Positions 52,781 through 64,000 of a stretch of 64,000 nucleotides of DNA are shown here, piece after piece (positions within the stretch are counted from its first letter, which is position 1; every line of letters begins with the position of its first letter). The notes below the pieces were generated by a model. It was not told the DNA's origin, searched no databases, and saw only the letters and a program-made list of their open reading frames with translations. Origin of the DNA: Mitosporidium daphniae (lineage: Eukaryota); contig NW_013546689.1 of NCBI RefSeq assembly GCF_000760515.2, forward strand, positions 1 to 64,000, read 5' to 3'. Made by a program: the position numbers and the translations under genes.

Positions 52781-55700
52781 ATGTGGTCGTCACAGCAAAA
52801 TCCCACTGCTTCAAGCAATGCAAACAATGCGAATCCACTTGGGGGGAATCCCTTTGGTTCTTACACCAATTTTGCAGCAACACCTTCTCAGCAGCCCAAT
52901 ATATTTGGGACTGCACCGGCACCAGGTCAAACTCAAGGGCCCCCCCCTTCACAACCTTCCAGCTTTCTTAGCAATATGGCTACGGGTAATAAGCCTCAAT
53001 ACACCCCGTTTTTTGGGTCCACATCAACAGCAACTACGCCCTCAATGCTCGGAACAAATCAAACCCCAAATCTATTTGGGGCATCTGCCGCAACGCCCTC
53101 AATGCTCGGAGCAAATCAAACCCCAAATCTATTTGGGGCATCTGCCGCAACGCCTGCATTTTCTTTAGGATCCTCTACAATCGGTTCGGGACCTTCTGCC
53201 CAGCCTTCAAATGCAAACATGGCTAACCCATTTGCAACAACATACTCATCAACAATCCCATCTCTTGGATCGGGGTTTACATCTGGCTCTACGAACCTTA
53301 CTCCACTGAATACCAACGGTACAACTTTGCCATCAACAGCCTCCCAACCCGCCATTAATCCTTTTTTTAGGCCAACCACGCAACCTTTGACGCAGACTTC
53401 AAATTTGGCACAATCTTCGCCATTTTTGGTCTCTACAGCGCAGTCCACAGAAGCAGGCGGTAACCAACAGCCTGCCACCTCTGCCTATGCTCAGCAGGTT
53501 GACTTTCAAGCAGAGCCGCAAGAAAAAATTAACTCGTATTCATTTCCTTCTAGCAAGATCAGCAAGCTGCTGCTTGATTCCTCGACGCTGGCGTCAAAGT
53601 GCTGCAAATCAACACTTGATCTTTTTTCGTCGCACTTTTTCCCGACAGCTGCCATTGATGCCATAGCCTTTCCCAACGCGTCGATTGGATATTCTTTTTT
53701 ATCAAAACATGGCATTGATGTCAATGAATCCGAGTTAAAAATATCAAAGATTGCGGCATTTTCTTCAAAAGAAAAAGGGCTGCCAGCCCCGAAAATTAAG
53801 CAGCAAGAAAAGCTCCTGTTGCAGGTCCAGCGTTCTCCTATTGAATACCAAAAGAGCGTAAATTTTTGTAGACAAGAGGCCATCGAAGATGCGATTAAAT
53901 TGAAGGTATAATTTTCGCCTCTTATTTGTTAGAGATGTGAAAGCATGAAGCGATACATCTTTTCTTCGATTACATCACATTGGGATGCTTGCAGAATGGG
54001 CACAAATTTAGGACAGGCTCTTTCCCCCATCGTCGTTGCGGGAGAAAAGGATGGTGTAGAGGCACCAATTCAACTGCCCTCTCTCAAGTCCATCATTACC
54101 GACCATAAGGCTCGAGCTTTTGCAGAAACAATTTCCGAGCTAAATGCCTTTCGAATTTCGCAAGGAAACGCAAAAATCTCTCCTTTGATTCACTTCCCCT
54201 TATGCAATAGGCTGCTTTCCATCTTGGCTCCCTTTTCACATGATCCGGTAATTTAAGCGATTCCATAATTTTGCAGATTTATTCGGGCATCTCTAGTGTG
54301 CTGAAATTTATTTCGCTAGTATCTGACGAGGCAGGATTGAGAGAAAAATCGAAACCCAATCCTTCTCCTGACGCCGAATTCACCCAATCAGCAAAACACT
54401 TCTTTGAGAAGGAATTTATCTGCCATATGGACCGAATGATTAGCCAAAATCCACGAGAAGCTATTCTTGGGGGCCGACCAAACCTCATTGACAAAGTCAG
54501 AGCGTATACGAATCTCAGGTTAACCCAGCGCAATCACCACAAGGGCACTTCTCTATCGACGTCCCTATCACACAACACCTTTTTTGACGCTGTAGAAATG
54601 TTCCATGGGGGCGACCCTGGATCTCAGGACAATATTCCGATTTATCCCTGGGCTACTCTTTATTTTTTAATCAGAGCCGGTGCTGGTAAATCTCATCTTT
54701 TGGGCTGGGTTGAGACCTTCGAATCGTATTTTGTTCGATCAGACAAGTATTTCAAAGATGCGCTTGTTGCGTTTGCTGAAGAGTCGTCTTCAGTCGATAA
54801 TCTCGATAACAATCGTCTTGTGGACTTTGTAAGAAATGAATATTTGAGGTTGGAATCCCTAAGAGACACCACTGATCCATTTCGGCTTTTAATTTATGGC
54901 CTTTTTTCTTCTTCCGCAAGACGAAGCTGTGGGCAGCATTTTGATAAATCGGCGCTATCCTCTCCACCGCTCTCCATTATATCCACGTTTGAAGATTGGA
55001 TCTGGTATAACCTGTCAATTTTGCGTGAGAGCTCTCTTTTAGAATTCAGAACCACTGTGCAGAAATTCTCGGCTTCCTATTTTGACTCCAACTCGATGGA
55101 TGCAAATAGCAGCTCTTCAAACTATTTCAAGCTTTTATTTTACATCGGTCTGTTTGATAAGGGCTTGCTTGCAATGCTTCGAGCTACAGCAGTGAAGCCA
55201 ACAATTTTTGTTGAGGCCGTTCATGTCTCCATTGCGCTCTTGTATCATTTTGAAAGGCTGCCTGGCTTAAATGTCGACATTCCTCTGCATATATTGCGCC
55301 AGTATGTGACGCTATTGACGGCTGCTTATTCCAAAGAGTCCACATTTGTTTCCCTGGAATATTTATCCATCATATCGGTGATGCCTTCAAAGCAAGAGAC
55401 TTGCTTCAATCTTTTGGTCGACTGGATGCTGGCCACCAGCTCGTACAAAGCCCCCTTGGCCTCAATTAGTGACGATGGAATGGTTCAGGTATGTCTTTTT
55501 TGTCGAATTTATTGTTAGCCCGGTCCGATTGCCAAGTATTTGCCGTTGATACAATTAACGGAGTGTCAAAAATTTGATCAGGCCAAGGGATTGAATGTTT
55601 CCGGTACTTGCGGTTCGCCATCCCTTCTGGTGGTTCTTTCTTGGAGGGTTGCCACGCAACTTCTTTCTCGAGCCGTTTCCGAAGATGAGGAGGAAGCTGC

Positions 55701-56331
55701 CTTGGGCTTGTTCCATATTTGTTCATCATATGAGCGGATATTTGAGCTTTTAGCCAAAAAACTGTCGGATGCCCTTCTCGATGGCAAGGTTGCTCCTTTG
55801 GCGCCGTCGCCCATTGCTCGCCAGGCAAGGGGTACGCTGAACTTTTACCGCCAGCACGCTCCGGATCGAAATTCATACAATTCACCACCATGTCAAAAGT
55901 CGATCTCTGTACTGACCTTGCTTCTGTCTTTATATGACGCTCTCTCGATGCAGCGTAATTCATGTTCAGATAAGGCTCTTGAGGTAATCAAGTTGATCAG
56001 TAACCCCTAGATCTTGAAGAGCTCCAACCTGATAAGCTTTTCTTCAAATGACAAGTTTACGGTCCACGAGTCCGTTGTTGATGCAAATGGAGCCCCATCT
56101 TTGAATAGGCATTTGGGGCTCATCCTTGAGCTAACCCTCAGTGCCATGGCTGAGCTATACAGCCAATCAACTCGCCCCACCGCGGTTTCCACTTTACAAA
56201 CAGTACCATTTTCCATTCAAGACCTCAAAACCATGGGGCGCGCCGTCATGTTATTTGCAAGCAAGTTTTCAACCAAAATCGGGCCCTCTTACTTTGCAGC
56301 CCTCACGCGTCTTGATGCCATGATCCAATAA
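52781..56331 (+). CDS. NIC96: Nucleoporin Nic96/Nup93 with N-terminal FG-type repeats
   Basis: Motifs NPREAILGGRP, WATLYFLIRAG, DPFR..IY, TFEDWIW, EAVHVSIAL. N-terminal NPFG/NLFG repeats. Confidence 0.85.
53036..53154 (+). repeat. 57-bp in-frame tandem duplication (TPSMLG[T/A]NQTPNLFGASAA x2)
   Basis: The two copies differ at one base. Confidence 0.95.
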
Positions 56332-56661
56332 ACTTCTTGCGCCGGCGAGGGGTGATACTGCACCACTTGACCGGCAAGCTACTTTATCCCCAGCCGAACC
56401 CTAATCCGATATTAAACACACAATGTGTGTGCATGGGAAATTGTTTAATAATTTTCGATGCAATAATAAATTTGCTAAATTACGCAAATCGGTAGCTCTA
56501 TCGCGATTGCGTGATGCAAAGTGTACATGTCAATGCCCTGGCTATGTTGGGCAAAAGCCCCAAAGACACTGCCAGTAACAGCCCCGTGACTTGCCTTAAT
56601 TTAATACACCATTTGGGGTTATTCTAATCAAATACAAGGGTTTATTATTCTCAAGTAAGGG

Positions 56662-57564
56662 CTATGATTGCGTCGAAGGCTGCAATTGAAACTGAATTGG
56701 TTAGCAAATATCGACATACTCTGGTGGCCGAAGTGCCATAGTCTGTAGAAATCATCCCCTCTGGCACGGATGACGGGCTGCCTGCCTGAGGATGAGAAAG
56801 CTGATGCCTATGGTGCATCATTTGCATCTGTTGTTGAAGCTGTTGTTGCTGCTGCGCTTGTGCTTGTGCTTGTGCTTGTTGCTGATAATACATAATCCTA
56901 TCGATAGATGCGCCAGATGGAGCCGATGCTCCGGGCATGGAGACTCCGCTGTTTGCATATGTATTTTGCATTTGGAGCTGTTGTTGCATGGTCAATTGAG
57001 ACGGAAGATAATACGATGGATCGCCGAGCAGAGAGCCTCTGTAATCGTTCTACGCAAAAGCAAATCAGCATCAATGATGCGCATACCTCTAGTTTTTTCG
57101 CCATCGATCTGGAGTCTTCCCTTGGCACGATGTCAATGAGAAAATCAAATGTATCTGTTTTTTGGATTGCAGCAGAGACATCGCTTCGCTGCAGCGTTCG
57201 TCGCTTCGAATCCTCCGTATGGAGCCATGACCGCAACGTCAGCTCTAAAATAAATATCTCGCATGCTTTGGCAAAAATAATCGGCGCCTCTGCACTAATC
57301 ATCTGAAAAGTAATAGACGTCACGTCCTACCTTGACATCTTCGTCTGTCTTCATAACTTTTTTTATGCGTGCAAGTGGGAGCTGGAAATTCTTAAAGTCC
57401 AGCTCGCCATGTTCGATTGCCTGCAGCTGAGATTGCCAAAAATTTTGCAAAAGCATCAATTGGTTCGAGAGCGCAGAGGAAGAGTGCCCACTAGAATGCA
57501 ATTGAGAAGATGGTTGGGGCATGCCTGTGGCAGCAATTGCAGATTCATATGTTGAAGGATCCAT
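56662..57564 (-). CDS. HAP5: CCAAT-binding factor subunit Hap5/NF-YC
   Basis: Motifs [57 protein letters not shown]. Gln-rich tail. Confidence 0.95.
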
Positions 57565-57754
57565 GTAGATTAATTAATGATTGGAGCAATTATTATAAAA
57601 TCTTCCTATAAACAATGTGTGTGCAAGTTGATATTATTCGAGCTTATGGCCTTAATCTTGATGTACGAGGAGAAAGTGATGAATTATTGGTTGCCAAGTA
57701 GCAATCGATTAAATTTGGGTAACCGGCAACTTTTAAATTTACAATTTAATAAGT

Positions 57755-60700
57755 TTAAAAAATACACCTCAGCAATCGAATACCCAGGGTTGATGGTAGA
57801 TTCATTGCACTCATAAAAACGTTAGAAAGCGAAAATTTCTCGTTGATCGAGTAAGGAATGCCACTTAAAGAATTTGAAGAAGATTCTTGCGAAACTTCTG
57901 AAGAGTTAAAAGGAAAATCAATGTCTTCCTCTTTGGCAGCAGTTTCAGAAAAGTTTTCCTTGTTGCTCTTGAGCCTCAGGAGGGCCTCTCTTATCCTAAC
58001 TGGAATAGGAAACTCTTCATTATCTCTTGTTTCGGTCGCCAGAATTTTCAGTAGCATCTCAAAGTCTTGACCTGGTCGAGTCCAAGTGTGATGTTCAGCC
58101 AAACGATGTGCATTGATAGCCTTTTCCTTCACCAAGTCTGGATTGTGATAAGCAATTTTTAGGATCTTTTTGAGGGACTCCACAGAGGGGGCAGCCCACC
58201 TAGGCGCGACTTTAGTCTTTGAACCATTGAATTCTTTATATCCCGGTCCACATGGTGATATTTTGCAAATGGCCACAGGCTTGCTTTTCAGATGATATTG
58301 GTAGTCTTTCCAAGCACCATCATCATCATCCCCTTTCCGCTCCTCTTCGTTGTCTTCGGACGGACGCTCTTCTTGTGAAATATAAAATACGCTATCAGAG
58401 GTGGTAAACTCCAAAGCCGGGCCTGCCTGCGTCACCGCAACAGCTGTTCCTGCGGCCATAGCCTCCAGGATAATTAGTCCAAACCCCTCTGCCCTATAAG
58501 GAGCAAGAAAGATATCCCCAAGCTTAAATAGTTGAATCATCTCGGACCACTCTAGGGCACTATCCAAATAAATCAGTCGTGGTATGTCATATCTAGAGCT
58601 GTCCGTTTGAAGCAGCGAGGTGTCTCTTCCTGCGGCTTCGTAATCAGCTTGATGTGATCTGATTTGGTCAAAATAGTATCCGTCTCCATAAACGCTATGA
58701 AGCACCAGGCAAGCTTCATCGGCGCGCTTAAAAGAGGCAAGAAAAGATTTGACAGCCACATCTACGCCTTTCCTTGCCAAAAGGCCTCCAGAAAAAATTG
58801 CAATGAATTTGGAGCATCCAGAAAGGTTTTTTATATTTTCGATGATGGAGCGCGCTCCCCCCCCTCCATTAACGGGTTTTCCAGCGGGCAATTTGGGGAT
58901 TTGTTGGATTTTGGAGAACGTAACGCCATGTGGCAAGATAACAATCTTTGATGGATCAACCCCATTTGCGATGTATGTATCTTTTGAAAACTCAGAAGGC
59001 ACCACTAGAACATCGACTAGTGATAGCTTTGGAAGCCATGACTCCGGGACTCCCCAGAATTCCCATGGTTGTGACTGTATCCAAAAAGTGGAAGGAGAAA
59101 CAGGAAGCGATAAATCTGGTCCGCCACCGCCTAACCAGGCATTTCTAAATACAATGTCTGGGAATGAATCGCTTGACCCAACACCGCGGTTGCTTTCTTT
59201 TCCAAAAGACGGTGCCAAAAGAGGGAATATTCTTAATAGCAAGCCTGCTAGCAAAGGTTCAGACGTTGCAAGAGAGGGGGGCGATTTTCTTGGCTGAAAA
59301 ATGCTATCAACTTGGGCAAATGACGCAGCCGTGGTAGATCGGGAGACACTGCCGATCGCATTTCTATCTCCTCCTGCTCCTCCCCCTGGTGAGTTTCCAA
59401 AATTTCGAATCATGCCCAAAATCATACTCGAAGAGGGTCTCGATGCTGCAATATTAGCCCACATCAAGTACTTGACAACCGAATCTAATAATGGAGGCTT
59501 TGAGCTCGACGAAATGCCAACTTTAGGATCTGTAGGTGCAATTCGAACCATAAAATTGAAGCTTCTCCAGCTCAGTTGCATGAATAGAGCCCTATTCACG
59601 GTAGCAAACCCAGAAAAATCAAAGAAGGGCCCTTCAAACTGAAGGGTTATTATCGGCAAAAAGTTATTTTCCGACAACAGTGGGAAAACATTCCTAGTAA
59701 GCCGGACCGGAGTAAGTCTTGACTCTGCCATGGAAATCCATTCGTGACGATATGAGAATGAATTTTCTGGAAGGTCGTGAAGAACGGGAATATAATAAGT
59801 ATTGGCCTCGATGGAAAACATCGTCCAGCTTTGCCCGGTGCTTTGAATTGAAAATAGATTTTCGTCGTTGAGACGCCATTCAGACCAAACCACAGCAGGC
59901 TGCGAAACCATGGATTGCTTTTTGAATTCATCAAATTTGTATTGCAGTGTGGAGCCAAGAATCCCTTTAGGGGACGAAAATCTAGAAATGCTTTCAAATT
60001 CAATCGAAATTCCGGTTCCGTTTTCAGGATTGTTCACACGTACAGTGGTACTGTTGGTGATGAGCGTGAACCCTGATGGTTGATTTTGATACTGGATGCG
60101 AAAGTTTTTTTTAGACGTGTTTGGGGTTTCTTCAACATCCAAAGGAAGCCCTTCTTGAACCAAAATATATATCTCAGGGGTTCTTATTCCAATCGCTCTA
60201 ATGGTCCCATCTTGAAAAATGGCTCCATTGACCTGAATTTCAGAATCCGCATAAATCACGTAAAGGCAATCAAGTAAATTGGCATTTTTCTTTTGACCCA
60301 CAGCGACAGGGCAAAATAGGCTTTGAGCAGCATTCAAGGGCTCAACTACATGCTCCATCATCGTATTATCAGGTTGCTGCATAGAAAATGTAAAACCGGA
60401 CGGCGTTTCCACGGGCGTTTGTTGGTCTTCTTCCTCGGAAAAAGAGATATGGTTCCCATTGAAATCAACAATCATCGATTGGCGCCAATGTGCGGTATTT
60501 TCCAAAGAATCGAAAAATGGATCCGAATGAACTATCGGAGGCACACCTGTAGCCGTGATGTGAGAATCGTTTTTCAACAGCAGATTCCAATATGCACTTG
60601 CGATTCTTGGCCATCGCCATGAAGAGACGCCCATGGCGGCACGTTTTCCGTATCCCTTGCGAAAATCAAAGTCGTTATAAAGCTTAACAATCGACTGCAC

Positions 60701-62182
60701 AAATTCGTTGCCATGATTGCCATTGACATCAAAAGAGGAAAGAAGAATTCCGCGATCTTCAGAAAGCAGCTCAATAGCATATCGATATGGCGTTGCAACG
60801 ATCGCCAACCCAGCAGCCATGGCAGCTGTAAGGGTTCCCGAAATTGGCGTTATTTCATCATAAAGCGAAACATACACGTCACACTCGGCGTAGTAATCTA
60901 ACAATTCTTCCGGAGTGAAAAAAGTATCAACCCACTCTAGATGTTTTCTAACCCCCAGTGTTCGGGCTTCGTTGATATACAAGTCCATTAAGCCCCTGGA
61001 GGCGCTTTTCGGATGCTGCTTGCCTACAATTCGAAACACAAGATTTGGAATCAACTTAATAAGCTGCGGAAGCGCTCTAATAACCCGCAAATATCCCTTA
61101 TGTTCGTGAATCAGACCATCGGACAGCAGTATAAATTTCTCCGGATTGTCCTTGGTTACTGATCCTGATGTCAATGCATCCCCCATGTCGGCATAAATGT
61201 CTTTTACACCGTGCGGGATCATCATTACTTTTGATGCGGGAACTCCGAATGCATTCTTTAAAGAATGGCAAGCATAGTGTGACATGCTAACTACCGACTG
61301 AGAAAGCCGCGAAAGTTGTCTTATGAACGCACGTTCCTCCTCATTTGGATAGGCTCTTGGAGTATGGAAAACCGTGACAACCGAAATTTCTGGCGAAATC
61401 CAACGGAGCAAATCGGCCTGTTGCCACATGACTGGAGTGAGTCCAAATTCAGACTGCAAGAGAAGATGGGTGAATCCAGCATCATTAATGCTGTTTGCAG
61501 CTCTCAAAATTGATGGAGACGGTGCCAATTGATCCAAATCAATGATGATGGACACCTTTTCCGCATCATAAGACCTAAATAGTGAGGCCAACGGCCCTCC
61601 GGATGAGGAATCATGCAATGCAATCACAGAAAGATCACAGTTTTCTGGAAGGGTATTTTTCATTGCACCGTACAAGTCATCTGCAAATTGGCCAATCCCA
61701 CATCTGGTGGGTGGAAATGACGAAACGATCCCCAATTTGCATTGACGAAGATTAGTCTACGGATGAAATTAGAAAAAAGTCAAATAATTAATGCGCATAA
61801 ATAAATAAGCACACTTTGAATGATGTCTCCTTAGACATTGACCAACCTCTTTTTTTGCCATGTAGTCGGTGTAGGCCTTTTCCTGGTGTACCTTGAAGGA
61901 GAGTGGAGTTATGGCAAGATTTCCTTCTTGCTGAAATTCGGAGCTGATTTTCAGGGCAATATCCCCGAACATTGAAAGCAATATGACCGAATAGTATGTC
62001 ACAATGCAAGATCCAAATAAAAATAAAAGGCTTTTCAGGACCTTATAGTGCTTTGCCCATCGATTTGGCGGCTTTTGATGCGATATCGATACCCCACCAA
62101 TGTTATCAATACCATTTCCTGCTTCAATATCTTCAGCACTGGCTAGTTGCTGCAGATTAGCGTTGTTTCTGGGCTGGCTCAT
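57755..62182 (-). CDS. Type II membrane glycosyltransferase with two GT4 (GT-B) domains, about 1440 aa
   Basis: Exon 1 carries a TM helix, intron 61757-61846. GT4-1: SSFPPTRCGI, IPHGV, KG...VIRAL, SGTL..AMAAG.AIVATPY. GT4-2: PWEF, VPSEF, RKGVD, PYRAEGFGLIILEAMAAG. Confidence 0.85.
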
Positions 62183-62568
62183 CGGTTTCCCACACTTAGT
62201 GTTCAAGTTTCCTCTTCTTCTTTTGAAAAAATTATGCGATCTTCTACCAAGAGGTCGAAAATGCGGACAATGCAGAAAATGGTAAAGTCTGGTGTTTTTT
62301 GTATTCACTTTTTTAAATCCACCTATTGTTACTAGGGAGTGCTGATGGGTGGGTATAGTTACCTTGTCAATTTCCTCGCTATTTCTGGGATCCTTGCTGA
62401 AAACAACTAAATAGCCGGTTTTGGCCGTTCCTTATTGAATATAAGCTTTAATTTCATTTTAACTAACTTTACTTTGCTCGAAATGGCTTATGAATGATGA
62501 CAGGTGACGATGGACAGATTGTCATTTGATAAAGTTTATGGCATCATTCTTAGTAATTGAATTTAATG

Positions 62569-62633
62569 TCGCATGTCTTGTGACGGCAGACTCTATCACA
62601 GAGTAGAGCTGTCAAGCAGAGCGAGACATGCGA
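62569..62633 (+). other. Stable three-tier hairpin in an intergenic region
   Basis: Stems TCGCATGTCTTG/CGAGACATGCGA, TGACGGC/GCTGTCA and ACTCT/AGAGT. Confidence 0.6.
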
Positions 62634-62810
62634 GCAATATATATACACGTACGACGGCGATGAAATAAAAATTTGTCTGCAACCTCGATTTGGATGGCCG
62701 GCGTATATTTGAATTCTTTATTTTGGAATGTCGGCTTTTTTTTTAAGTTGAATCAAAGCCTATCGGCTCCAAACCCTATTTGTCTTCCTTCAAACACTCC
62801 CGCCGCCGGA

Positions 62811-64000
62811 ATGTCCTTTTTATATGGATCGTCCTTTTCTTCATCGTCTAGTAAATCTCCGCTTTCCCCAATCAAATTCAAATCGCCAATTGATCTGATA
62901 AATCAAATATGCGAGGCAATTAAGGCAACTCAGCTCACCGTACATTGTGGTACATTTTATTGTTTGTAGGATGACGTTACGCTTCAGCGATGTGTATTAA
63001 CGCTAAAAATCCACATTTGCGACGAATCTACACAGCTTCCAGATGAAGGGGCAATGCTTCCCCTCATATATCAGGAGTTTATTGAGAGAGACTTGTTTTT
63101 TTCCATTATCACAGCATTACCGCGCTTGTGTTTTGAGGTACGAAAAGATGCATTCCAGCTTCTGGTGACGCTTCTCAGGTTTGAAGGAAACTCTTCAGCA
63201 GGTGGAAACACGCCACTGGCCATGCACCTGAGTCAGGCTACCCCGAACATTCTCGAGGATCTATTATTGGGGTAACCCATGATGTTGCCCAACTATCACT
63301 TTAGGTATTTGATGCCCCCAGAATCTGCGTTGTTCAAGGGGATGCTTTTAAGGGAATCTCTAAAGCAGGAGTGCTTGGCACTCAAGTTTCTCAACTCAAA
63401 CTTGTCTACATACAAATGCCCCCAGGAGGCTCTTGGATTGCCCGTTTCAGATGATTCGGAGGCAGAGCCGTCTGTTTATTCTTTGTTAGACATGTTGCTG
63501 GAGTTTGTCCAGGCACCGAATTATGACATTGCTTCGGATTCATTTGCGTCTCTGAAAGAAATATTGACCCGTCATAAAGACATGGTTGCCGAGTTCCTGG
63601 AGACCAACTACGAAAAGGTACCGGTCCTTCTTTATGTGAAGATTTTTACAAAACTGCACGCTATCATCATGACCGCCAACTATCTTACTAAGCGGCAAGT
63701 GTTAAAGGTACGTCTTTGAAATGACGATCTCCTAGCTTGTTGGGGAGCTTTTATTGGACCGTTCAAATTATGAAGTGATGTCCATGTATATTACCTCATC
63801 TGCCCACATGAAGCTATTGATGACTCTTCTGCGGGACAAGTCCCATAACATTCAGTACGAGTCTTTTCAAGTGTTTAAGGTAAGCATTTTAGATGGTACC
63901 TGTTTTAGCTTTTTCTGGCCAATCCATCCAAACCAAAGCAAATTGTAGACATCATTTCCAATAATAAAGAAAAGTTGTTGGCGTTTTTAAAGGGATTTGA
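62811..64000 (+). CDS. HYM1: Mo25/CAB39/Hym1 family protein (runs off window end)
   Basis: Motifs FEVRKDA, GMLLRE, YDIASDSF..LKEILTRHK, NYLTKRQ.LKLLGELLLDRSN, LLRDKS.NIQYE.F.VFK. Confidence 0.92.

Noticed and set aside
52781..53500. Separate FG nucleoporin, or a novel fusion with Nic96
   Set aside because: It is continuous with Nic96 through short introns, and N-terminal FG extensions are known in some fungal Nic96 proteins.

Overview
Eukaryotic DNA from an extremely compact, intron-rich genome, not prokaryotic. About 30 housekeeping genes are packed with spacers often under 60 nt and are split by dozens of tiny GT-AG introns, mostly 22-36 nt. Mitochondrial genes (FZO1, PHB2, a probable ATP18) and a peroxisome-targeted ECH1 (-SKL) are retained. 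This fits an early-branching microsporidian/rozellid such as Mitosporidium, but that assignment is inference and unverified. Because of the introns, the ORF track misses or fragments several genes (RPL37, a CDK5/Pho85-like kinase, an ATP18-like gene, DPH1, a LIM-binding-domain gene). RNA genes: tRNA-Arg(ACG), a two-snoRNA unit (intronic snR67/U31-like plus U14) and a divergent U1 snRNA candidate. The most unusual signal is in splicing. Two introns of the CDK gene are built from 2-3 abutting mini-intron units joined AG|GT with zero-length exons (recursive/ratchet-like). A start codon appears to be created only by splicing (A|TG). A hidden upstream exon would give HisRS a mitochondrial presequence. 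Also notable are a bacterial-like double-GT4 membrane glycosyltransferase, ITPK1, and a 15-mer shared by both ncRNA loci.
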